Part shown: piece by piece, positions 14,289-24,268 of the stretch
How the letters are laid out: each line of letters starts with the position of its first letter
Numbering within the stretch: the stretch's first letter is position 1
Source: Spongospora subterranea f. sp. subterranea
Taxonomy: Eukaryota
DNA length: 64,000 nt
Direction of reading: 5' to 3'
Assembly (NCBI GenBank): GCA_049724395.1
Contig: JAUGWO010000049.1
Span: forward strand, 62,001-126,000
The notes under the pieces: model-generated
Databases searched by the model: none
What the model was told of the DNA's origin: nothing
The model's input: the letters and a program-made list of their open reading frames with translations, nothing else
Position numbers and translations under genes: made by a program

Positions 14289-15500
14289 GTGATCCCTAAA
14301 TGAAAAACTCGACGTTTCAAGTGATGTTTTCGCCCTGAACATTTTGATTGTAAATGGTGCACAGGTTCTTTGATATGGTACACTACTTGAAGAGATCGAT
14401 CCAGTACTAGTCTAGTAATATGTAAATATCTCGGATTGAAGGGCATTTCCCTTGATTGACAACCACGAAACGGAATATCAGGTTCAATGCCGAACCATTT
14501 GAATCTGAAAGAGGGCAAAATGTGGTTGGTTGGGCGTACGATAGCCAGACAAATGGCGCCAAGAGACATATAGGATTTCCACAATTACTTAATTGCTCCA
14601 CAGATATATGATTATTCAATTGCGGTATTCAGCCGCACTTCCACAAAGATTTCAATTGTAATGCCGGATTAACTATTCAAGGCAAAATAAAATCAGGCTG
14701 ATATTACCGTAACTTCCTGTCCTGGCGACGATCACCGGAAAATTAACGTCCCAGGAATGCCCTGTAGTTTGGGAAAATCAGGTGAGACCGCATAACGGTC
14801 GGTCAAGGTCTCAACATCGATAGAAAACAGAAATAGCGAAAATGGTCAACAAGTTCATTGGCTATTACAGAATGGAGGAACGGGCACATCAAAACACATT
14901 TGACAGTTGTTGCAAAAGGGCGCTGCTTGATCTCGACTCTCAGGTAGATGTGTCGAGAAATGTAAATATAATACCAGTATCCTGATAGGTTCATGGCAAA
15001 TCACTCCGCCTATAGACAGCGCAAGTCACTCGTCGAATGATGTTGTTTGAATTCGTGTCTAATGAATGGTTGGAGTCGGCTACTATCAAAGTTGGTGGTA
15101 GTGGAGGGATGCTCGGAGTCTTCCCCTGGGAAACTCCCACCCATGATAAGGAACAGCAGACAGACAGCCAAACCTTAATCACTCTTCGGAGTGAGAAATC
15201 GTGCGAGATGATAACTCATTACAGTTTGAATCAAGCCGAACTACCTTATGGACTATCGGGAAACCGAAATATGAGATTACCGATTTATCGGTATATGAGA
15301 TCACCGATTTATCGGTATATGTGTAAACCAGATAATCGTTATCAAATGAAACCGATGTATTGTAACAAGATGCAATTGCTTCAACGAAATATGCGAATCT
15401 CAACACGAAAAACGATTAAACAGAAACAGAACAAACCATTCGACAGCACGACCAGTAATTTTTGTAAAGGAAGAGAGATAAACGGATCACTGCGGAGTAA

Positions 15501-16497
15501 CTCCCTCCATTCGGATTTAATGGGCGCATTGTTTTTTTTTTGCGAGATTAAGGTCAAATCAACTCAAAAAACTCCGTGAGCAGGCTATAAATAAAGGTTT
15601 TTGCACTGGTTTTCCAAGCCTGTAACAATCATTTTTGGCGGCTCACCGTTTGCTAAACCTAGATGGGATTCAGCCAGGAATCAATGGTTTAACGGAAAAA
15701 TTGGGATCTGGCCGTTTGTCTACCCAAGCGAGGAAGTAAAAATAGACCAGCAGGCACTTTGATAACCAAAAATATTGAATCTGTCAACAAAATCCAGTAC
15801 TCCAAAATGATGATTGAAAAAGTTATTCCAGCGATTCGCAGTAAATGGCCCAATTCCGTTCAAAGCGCGACCGTTGTGATACAACAGGACAATGCCAAGT
15901 CGCATATTAGCCCATTGGATACTGCCTTCAACCAGGCAGTCAAGGCGGCGGGCATGAATATTCGCTTGACATGTCAGCCACCAAACAGTCCTGACACTAA
16001 CGTTCTTGACCTTAGTTTTTTCAATGCAATCCAGGCTTTGCAACACACGAAAGCAATGAATACGATCGATGAATTCATTGCTGCCGTTGATGAAGCTTTT
16101 CACGAGCTCGATAAGGATACATTGAAGGTGTTCTTAACTCATCACTCGTGCATGAACGAAACTATGAAATGCGGAGGTGGAAACAATTATCGGATCCCAC
16201 ACGTAAACAAGGATCATTTAATCAAACAGTGTCGACTGCCCGAGTACTTATGCTGCGCAACAGAGACAATTGAGGCAGCGAAGCAGGCAACTTGTAACCC
16301 AATTGTTCAATAAAGAGTCAGAATAAGTGCTCCGACAGTCGACATTGTCTGATTATATGATTTTTCTTTTAATGTGAGATTTTATAGAGTACATCGTCTC
16401 ACCTGCTCATTGGATTGTGCCATTCATGCACAATGCTCCCATTATTTCCCAACAAAAATCCGCGCACAATGTTCCCATTAAATCCGAACGGAGGGAG
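15501..16497 (+). mobile_element. Tc1/mariner DD39D (plant-mariner/Stowaway-type) element, internally deleted
   Basis: TIRs ctccctccattcggatttaatggg (15501) and cccattaaatccgaacggagggag (ending 16497). Transposase remnant KPRWD..FNGKIGIWPFV and QQDNAKSH...PPNSPDTNVLDL with 39 residues between the two Asp. Flanks are AA/TT rather than a clean TA duplication. Confidence 0.9.
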
Positions 16498-16559
16498 TTT
16501 CAGCCAAAATAGAAGTCAAATCGTAGGAACTACAGTTATTAATAATCCTTGCAAACACA

Positions 16560-17196
16560 AAAGTGAAGACATGGACAACACGGAAGCTTGTAGTACAGTA
16601 CACCAGTAGATCGATCCAACAAACAATCACAGAGACACAATCACACCAATGCATAAGCGCACACGATCCAACAGCCCGAAAGGAGAAACAACATCAGAGA
16701 ATCAAATGGACAACATCGAAGCTAGTAGTGCACAAATAGAGCGATCTACGGAAGGCACAACGAACAACCCCAGCGACCCAATGCATAAGCGTGCGCGACC
16801 TGACAGCCCAAAAGGAGAAGCATTTGCACAGACAGCGCAAAAACGCCAAATTAACAACCAGCAAAATTAAAGAACCAGAATATTCAAGGAAAAAAATGCG
16901 GGAATTTACGACGAGGGGATAATATATTTTAGCAATACAGCTACAGGCGCAGATATCATAGCCAAATGATACGAGAACTGCCCATGGATGCTCAAGATGA
17001 ACGAAAAAAATATTTACATTAGCAGCAAATCCGGAACAGTAATCCTAAAGGAACTAAAAGAAGGTCAGATCAAAACTGATTGAAACTGCACAGCCAGTAG
17101 ACCAACACTTACGATGAAATTACAGGATGCTACCTGGAAGCGCGAAAAGTTCCAACCAAAAATGGATACAATATTAAAAATACCAGCAGAGAACAT
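16560..17196 (+). other. A-rich degraded ORF with a ~135-bp internal tandem duplication, probable retroelement remnant
   Basis: Duplicated MDN.EA.S...PMHKR.R..SPKGE unit, in-frame stops, and A-rich coding strand like the Penelope-type fragment at 19.7 kb. Confidence 0.35.
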
Positions 17197-18157
17197 AGAT
17201 CAGATCGCGAAAGGATTGATTCAGCTGCGATATTGCAAGTCTGACGACATGACGGCCGATATACTGACTAAGCCACTTGGTCCAGTATTTTTTAACAGGA
17301 TCCGCAAAAGTTTCATGTTCACGCCCGTACGCTCGGGTGGGAGTGTTGAAATTACCGTTGAGTCGTCGAGATGCGGGCATGACAGTGATGATGTCGCTCG
17401 GCGGAGCTTGGCGACGGGGAGGACTTTCCAGCCAGTGTCTTTAGATGGATCTGACTCTATATTCAAACAGGATGACGCAAAACAGGAAAATGTTGATGAT
17501 AAAGATCAATTGTGGGAAGAATTCAACCAACAGATGCATGGCATCGTTGGATATGGTGGCCAAATTTCTTCCGATCCCGATGTCAAAGCGAGCGCCGTCG
17601 AGCTCTTGGAACCAGTACAGGGTTGGATATGGTGGCCAAATTTCTTCCGATCCCGATGTCAAAGCGAGCGCCGTCGAGCTCTGGAACCAGTTCATGAACA
17701 ACCGGTGACCCTCCAGACGTGGCCTGTACTGGTTCCAGAGCTCGACGGCGCTCGCTTTGACATCGGGATCGGAAGAAATTTGGCCACCATATCCAACGAT
17801 GCCATGCATCTGTTGGTTGAATTCTTCCCACAATTGATCTTTATCATCAACATTTTCCTGTTTTGCGTCATCCTGTTTGAATATAGAGTCAGATCCATCT
17901 ATTGGTCACTGTAAGACACTGGCTGGAAAGTCCTCCCCGTCGCCAAGCTCCGCCGAGCGACATCATCACTGTCATGCCCGCATCTCGACGACTCAACGGT
18001 AATTTCAACACTCCCACCCGAGCGTACGGGCGTGAACATGAAACTTTTGCGGATCCTGTTAAAAAATACTGGACCAAGTGGCTTAGTCAGTATATCGGCC
18101 GTCATGTCGTCAGACTTGCAATATCGCAGCTGAATCAATCCTTTCGCGATCTGATCT
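17197..18157. repeat. ~420-bp near-perfect inverted duplication (foldback) of the Copia 3' end
   Basis: 17197-~17612 is the reverse complement of ~17730-18157 apart from an 11-bp and a 1-bp indel; a ~70-bp segment is also tandemly repeated at ~17622-17690. Confidence 0.92.
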
Positions 18158-19720
18158 TTTGTATAATGATAGCGGACCTCTATGTGTTTCGACCTGCGCT
18201 TAGTCTGGAATGTGTTTGCGAGCGCGATTGCCGCCTGATTATCCTCATAGATGATCGTTGGCGCATCCTGTTCGAATCCCGATCCTTAAGCAGACCGCGA
18301 AGCCATGACGCCTCTTGTGCTGCTGAGCATAACGCCACGTATTCAGCTTCAGTTGTTGACAGGGACACACACCGTTGCAATCTGCTTTTCCAACTTATCG
18401 GACCACCGTTCATCATAAAAATAACTCCCGATGTCGACTTTCGATTCACCTCGCTGCCGGCAAAATCGGCGTCGGCGAATTCAAGAAGATTACTACTTGA
18501 TACCTTACCGTCGTACTTGTTCCCCGTCGACGTAGTACCTGCGACATATCATAAAACTCTCTTGAGTGCCACTACATCTTGCTCACTCGGATTGCTCGTG
18601 TGTCGTGAGACTGCTCCCACCGCTTGTGCAATATCTGGTCTTGTTCCCAGCATCAGGTACATCAGGGATCAAACAGCAGCTGAATAAGGAAACTTTACTT
18701 TGCCCGATTGAGTCACTCAAACTTGTCGTTGTGATAATAGATGGGGTGTTCGCTGGCTTGCAATCTTGCATCTGATACCGGACAAGTATCTCCTTCGCAT
18801 AGGACCCTTGACTCATGACAATCGAGTTCTTGCCTCTCTCTCGCTCGATTTTGATGCCGAGTAAGTACGCGATGTCACCAACGGGTTTCATCGAATATCT
18901 TCTTCTCAGGAAATCCTCTGTTTTCTTGATGATGGTTGTGCTTGATGATGCCACCACCAAGTCGTCGACATATATGGCGATGAATGTGACATTGACTTCA
19001 GAGCGTCGGCAATACAGGCATGGATCCGCGTTCGTCGCGATGAAGCCGTCGCTTTTCAAGTACTCGTTTATCTGGTCCCACCAAACGCGACCCGCCTGCT
19101 TCAGGCCATATATGGCTTTTTTCAACTTGCATACCATTTCGCCATTCTCGTTCTGCACCGCGAACCCTTCCGGTTGCTCCAGGTAGATCTCTTCTTTCAA
19201 ATTCTCCGTAAAGAAAAGCAGTCGACATCCATCTGTTTTACCTCCAGATCCAACCTTGCTGAAATCGCCATGAGTAATCTAAGGGTGGTTAGACTCACAA
19301 CCGGTGAAGTGGTCTCGTCAAAGTCGGTTTCTGCCTGTTGGCTAAATCCTCGGGCCACGTAACCTGCCTTGCATCTGATCACGTTTCCTGCAGCATCGGT
19401 TTTCGCCTTAAACACCCATTTGCCGCTGACCACATTTCTTCCCTTTGGTCGCGGAACAGTTTCCCAAGTCTTATTCTTGCTCAATGAATCGTACTCCATT
19501 TCCATCGCTCTCTTCCATCTTTTATCTTTCAACGCCATAGTTGTTGTTTCTGGCTCTTTTTTCATTTGTCAAGGCACAGCCGGCATACTCGTCCATGTAT
19601 AGTGCCGGCTTCCACGTAATTCGCTTGCTTGTTCTTAGTCCCGGCAAGACGGCTTCGCCGCTGCTGTCTTGCACCTTCACGCTCGAATTCGTGTTCTTGA
19701 ACAGTTGGTCTTTGACTGCA
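17910..19720 (-). mobile_element. Ty1/Copia LTR retrotransposon, 5'-truncated and frameshifted (RT, RNase H, PPT, short 3' LTR)
   Basis: RT motifs KWVFKAK, YVARGFSQ, EEIYLEQPEGF, KLKKAIYGLKQA and IYVDDLV; RNase H motifs RKSTSG, SWKSRLQ, STTEAEY and MTADILTKPL. PPT gggtgggag is followed by TGTTG at 18010; a possible LTR end ...TTACA lies at 17910. Confidence 0.93.
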
Positions 19721-20060
19721 CCATTATGAAATCCAATGAAGGCATCATCTCATTCGAATCATATGCTAAACCAAAATGAACGGGTTCATCCCAGAAATTG
19801 AACTTACGTGGAACATATCTCAAGAACAGGTTGACTTCTTGGACCTCACCATTATGAAATCCAATGAAGGCATCATCTCATTCAAATCATATGCTAAACC
19901 AAATGAATGAGTTCATCCCAGGAATTAAACTTACGTGGAACATATCTCAAGAACAGGTTGACTTCTTGAACCTCACCATTATGAAATCCAATGAAGGCAT
20001 CATCTCATTCAAATCATATGCTAAACCAATAAACACGTTCCAGTATCTTTCACCTAATGC
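19721..20060 (+). mobile_element. Penelope-like reverse-transcriptase C-terminal fragment, ~128-bp unit repeated about 2.5 times
   Basis: IKLTWNISQEQVDFLDLTI...SFKSYAKPINTFQYLSPN resembles the PLE RT thumb pattern (FLD..I.....Y.KP....YL); the tandem copies are directly visible. Confidence 0.6.
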
Positions 20061-20431
20061 AGAAATTACGTTCTGTTGCTGCGCCAAGGAACTCGCGAAA
20101 GCAACCGGCAGGATTGCTGAAACCATTACCGATTCCCGATCGATCGTTCGCCTCTATCGGTATCGATTCTATTGCGGACCTTCCTCTTGACCAAGGTAAT
20201 GACTGCATTCTTACAATTGTTGACCGTTTTACAAAGATGGCCCACTTCGTGGCTTGTTCTGGCCCCCCAACTGTCGAAGCCACGGCCAAATTGAATCCGC
20301 ACTTGAATTGCGCAACGCCACTCGTGTGTCCACAATACAGTACAAGTGGACTACAAGTGGTATCTTTTACAGTCGGATGGAGCTGTACGACACGCATGAT
20401 CACTGCGTGCGTTCATGTACTGTACTCCTGA
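20060..20431 (+). mobile_element. Ty3/Gypsy integrase fragment
   Basis: KQPAGLLKPLPIPDRSFASIGIDSIADLP...ILTIVDRFTKMAHFVAC is the typical Gypsy integrase core N-terminus. Confidence 0.85.
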
Positions 20432-20651
20432 GGACATCTTGAGGAAACGTAGCGACTAGTGTCGGGTTCCTACTGTGTAGTGTACCTGGGGACAGCAATA
20501 TGCGACTTATAGGGTGATATCATGCTGTACACATGGAAGAATGACTGTCCGGATTTATTATTGCATTACCGAGTTCAGAAAAAGTGTAGAACAATGGTCA
20601 CAAACCGAATCGCCAATGGTAGATATCAGGTCGTATTGCAAGCGATAGATG

Positions 20652-22007
20652 TCAGTTGATAGCCAGGCCCTTCAGCGAATAGGTATTGGTTATCTGAGAT
20701 TGCAGCTCCTTATTGGCTGTTGATAATAGTACAGATATGGGTCTGTCACTGTTTTCCTCCTGAAACTCGCTCCAGCTGGGCGGGTTCGTCAGGAGGAACC
20801 GCTTCAGGGAATCGACCTTCATCAGTTCTAGTATCTGAAAAGCGGCTTTGTCGAAAGTATTGCTATTGATTGTAGATCCATCTAGACTCAATACGAATAT
20901 CTCCTGACGAAACTGTTTGATCAATTCGCTCGGCAGATTTACTTCGAGAGGAGCCTCTTCGGCCAGATATTTGTGATAAATGTCATTGGCAATCTGTAGA
21001 GTTGAAGACGTCATTTGGCTATCGCCTGTACAACTGGCCTTGAACTTTTGCACGTCACTCCAGAACAAAAGGTTCTCCACAGAGAATTCTTTCATCAAAT
21101 GCGCTTTGAACGCAGCGAATCCCTTCTCGGTGCGCAGAAATCGTTCCAACTCATGCTGCTTGGTATCATTGGTGGCTGATGCCTGACCTCCCTTCCCAAG
21201 CTTATACATTGGAATCCAATAACAAACAGCTATAATGTAATCGATGATGCAAACATTGATCAGTTGCGATAATCCAAAATCTGAGATTGATGAAATTATA
21301 GATGCGGTGGCCTCAAAAAAAGCGATCCCTAAGAAGGTGCCAAGTCCAACGCGTTTTAACATAGATTTGGTCTTGAATGCATCATTAACAATACGAAGGC
21401 GCCAACTGACGACAAGAAGAGCCAGTGCGGTGATCAAACAACGCCCGAGAACTACATTCTGAATAGACCTGAAGGAGCCGTCGCCGCTGGAATTGTATTC
21501 CTTCATGCTATAATTTAATTTGGAAGAATCTGGTAGGGCCGCAACAACAGCGATAATCTCAATAACAGTGACATTGGATATGATCCAAATAAAGGCGAAC
21601 TGATCACCAAGCAGATAGTTCAGCCTCTTCACCGATTTCATGAACGACTGCAGTTCTTTGATTGAGTTTTGCGAAGGGCTCATGTTGAAGATGGCGAGTT
21701 GATCTTTGCTCTTATTATAGGAGATATACAAAGATAGTGTAAATATCAAATACCCCTCTAAAACGCAAATCATGACGCCTGAGCCTACAAACACATCGAC
21801 CCAGACTCCAATAAAGTCCCAGGCACCGGCAATGATGATCTGGACATAAACTTCCAGGGACAAAAAGACAAAACAGAATGTGAACAAAACCGGACGGCGG
21901 TTTTTCATTGGATTGTACTTGCGACACCTCCAGTAAATAACGGGTCCAATCAAGATGGGGATGTGGATGATCGTCATAATTGCCCAAAATATGAGTCCCG
22001 CCGACAT
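20652..22007 (-). CDS. 7TM-RGS protein, copy 2 (intact, intronless, 451 aa)
   Basis: Single ORF with about seven hydrophobic segments (PMKNRRP after TM1) followed by an RGS domain FKAHLMKEFSVENLLFW...IYHKYL..APLEVNLP...FDKA...SLKRFL. Confidence 0.92.
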   Translation of the reverse strand: MSAGLIFWAIMTIIHIPILIGPVIYWRCRKYNPMKNRRPVLFTFCFVFLSLEVYVQIIIAGAWDFIGVWVDVFVGSGVMICVLEGYLIFTLSLYISYNKSKDQLAIFNMSPSQNSIKELQSFMKSVKRLNYLLGDQFAFIWIISNVTVIEIIAVVAALPDSSKLNYSMKEYNSSGDGSFRSIQNVVLGRCLITALALLVVSWRLRIVNDAFKTKSMLKRVGLGTFLGIAFFEATASIISSISDFGLSQLINVCIIDYIIAVCYWIPMYKLGKGGQASATNDTKQHELERFLRTEKGFAAFKAHLMKEFSVENLLFWSDVQKFKASCTGDSQMTSSTLQIANDIYHKYLAEEAPLEVNLPSELIKQFRQEIFVLSLDGSTINSNTFDKAAFQILELMKVDSLKRFLLTNPPSWSEFQEENSDRPISVLLSTANKELQSQITNTYSLKGLAIN

Positions 22008-22168
22008 TGAAGCTCACGGCGGTCGGAATTTACGACCGAAAGCAGTACTACAATAATGATCGATATCTTTAATCAGGGAATAGGGTTCCTCCATATACCC
22101 TGAACTGGAGTACAGTAGATCGGGAGCTGAATCAGTGATGGATATTCTTCCAGGAGGCGGATGAATTT

Positions 22169-22483
22169 TTGGGCGCAACAAGGGGTGATGTATTCTTCAC
22201 ATTGTCAACAATGGTGCTCTGCTCTCGTTATATGCAATTGGTGGATGAGTATTGGGGCGATACTGCCGCGTTTGCGCTCATCTCCCTGCTGTCCACTGCG
22301 TTCTTCACAATCATCCTTCCAGCTGTGGTCCCGATCAGTTATGGAATCATCATTACAATGTGGACCATTCTTGGGTTCGCATTCTCAGCGTTCGTCACGT
22401 TGTCGGGAGAGACGCCTAGCCAAGCCAACCTACAGACTGGAACAACTACAGAAACCCAACCTAAACCAGTCGCCATGGGGTAA
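22169..22483 (+). CDS. Small hydrophobic hypothetical protein or fragment
   Basis: 104-aa ORF with two to three TM-like stretches; no clear ATG and no family recognised. Confidence 0.25.
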   Translation: MGATRGDVFFTLSTMVLCSRYMQLVDEYWGDTAAFALISLLSTAFFTIILPAVVPISYGIIITMWTILGFAFSAFVTLSGETPSQANLQTGTTTETQPKPVAMG

Positions 22484-22669
22484 TGATCAGAGACGACTTT
22501 GGCTGCAAAAGACAAACTCAAGGCGAATAATAAATCACCAATGATCGGCAATGCAGAGTAATCGTATTTATCCGCTCTTGCAATGTTCATGGTTGGAACA
22601 CTTTGATTTTCAGATCCAATATCTAAACAGATTGGTTATGAAGGAATCGCAAGCCAAGCTTTTTCAATA

Positions 22670-23048
22670 CAATTCAGCAGAATGGAGAACACACCCAAGT
22701 TCCCGATCAGGTACTTCTAGAAAAGAGTAACCCGTTCGGCGATGAACTCGATAGTAATTGTTCTTGATCCATTCCTGTACGGGATATGGGAACTCCACCG
22801 ATCGACACCTAAAGCCCAAGTCAACACATCCGCCAAAAAGAATGCACAGGCCAATTCGTTGACTAAACTTTGTTCGCCAAACCATGTCGAACTGCTTGAA
22901 TTCGCTATACGTTGTCGCCACAGTTCGGTTCAGGTTCGACGACCGGACCTGACTGTTTTCAACGGGCGGGATCTCTCCCATGCGAATCAACGACCTTGAA
23001 GGCGTCGAGGAAGGATATGGACATGATCGGTTTTGGGAAATCATTCAT
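22670..23048 (-). pseudogene. PX-domain pseudogene, paralog of 51656-52242
   Basis: Colinear with the intact PX gene including its intron, but has an early frameshift/stop (GAT CCC GCC CGT TGA), a second frameshift before the ERV motif and a 3' truncation. Confidence 0.8.
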
Positions 23049-24084
23049 TGCTAACTGCTTTGGCCTTGGAGGCGGTGCTCTGGCCAGTCCCGATTCAGCA
23101 ACCGAACTCCTGATGTTATCGTTTTGTTCTGTGAACTGAAAAACGAACGCTGTGTGCTCAACTACGATGCAGCAACAGTGTCAAGCTGATTGGCAGGGCG
23201 TAAAGGTCTTATTGTGGAACCCAATGACTGATTCATATACACACATCGTGTCTGAGAGATGTGAACCCGAACGGGATATTAGTAACGGCGTTGAAGCTAG
23301 CGACAATCAAATACTCATATCGAAGAGGAGGTGGCATACATCTCGAAGCAAACTTAATTGATCATGAACGAATTCACTGATAAACAATTTCAAACGTAGG
23401 GATCGCGGGGTCTCACTTTAAAGATGCCCTTTTCGCAAAACATCACGTCATCGACCTCTCAAAGCAGAACTTCTCGCAACAAAGTTATCCCATTCATACA
23501 GAGGACGTTTTTTATATCAACAATAAGAGCAAGATGAAGAACCACAAGGACTGGGCGCAATTGTCGACAGAATAGGCAACACATCATCGCCTGGTCGAAT
23601 ACAACGAATCACCTTGACTGGCTCCTACTCGACCAACTTTAGCCAGAACAAGTTATACATAGACATAGTAGGCGGTTTTGGAGCAAATTGACAAACAGCG
23701 CACGAGAGCTGAATGTACAATACAATGAGACACATTGTTCGACAAACAAGTCAACGACAAGAGTCGGTGATCCTAAATGCCATTTCTACTGAAATTCGCA
23801 AAACACGTCATGATGTGATTCCAGGAAACTGCTGCCACATCATTGCAATTGACGCCAGCTCCGGCACCAGTTTGCAGCCATGCAGAAACTGGCCACCGAT
23901 TATTTTAATCTAAGATTGAACAACAAAGTCTGATGGATTTCAGGCACCCGACTCACTTTACAGGGATATTGATCTCCTTAAGTGTAGGGAAGTGTTGGTT
24001 TGTGTCCTATCAGTGTGTTCTATCGACACAATGCCTGCCAGATTTCACTAATCCCAAGTGATATATTTAATTATTGTAGAAATA

Positions 24085-24232
24085 ATGTTTCGCGTCAAAA
24101 GAGGGCAGAGAGACGCCGGTCCCCAGCTGTCAACGATCATGGTCGGCATATTATAATGAGTGTTTCGCGTCTAAAGGAGGGTAGAGAGACGCCGGTCCCA
24201 GCTGTCAACGATTACGGTCAGCATATTATATT
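24085..24232. repeat. Two ~73-bp tandem copies of the former last intron acceptor and exon of the CBM18 gene
   Basis: tgtttcgcgtc...agagacgccggtccc(c)agctgtcaacgat...gcatattata occurs twice; on the minus strand each copy carries the cgttgacag acceptor used in the paralog's last intron. Confidence 0.7.
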
Positions 24233-24268
24233 GAACGGTATCATCAAAACAAAACATACTATTCATTT

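Noticed and set aside
14700..15200. Small secreted protein on the minus strand
   Set aside because: Hydrophobic start and possible splice sites, but no ATG-anchored consistent model could be built.
15501..16497. Fanzor/TnpB cargo in the DNA transposons
   Set aside because: No RuvC or zinc-finger motifs seen in or next to either mariner or the Harbinger element; the interiors are accounted for by transposase remnants.
17114..17914. 266-aa novel protein
   Set aside because: Chimeric read-through of an A-rich relic, the Copia RNase H tail and both arms of the palindrome.
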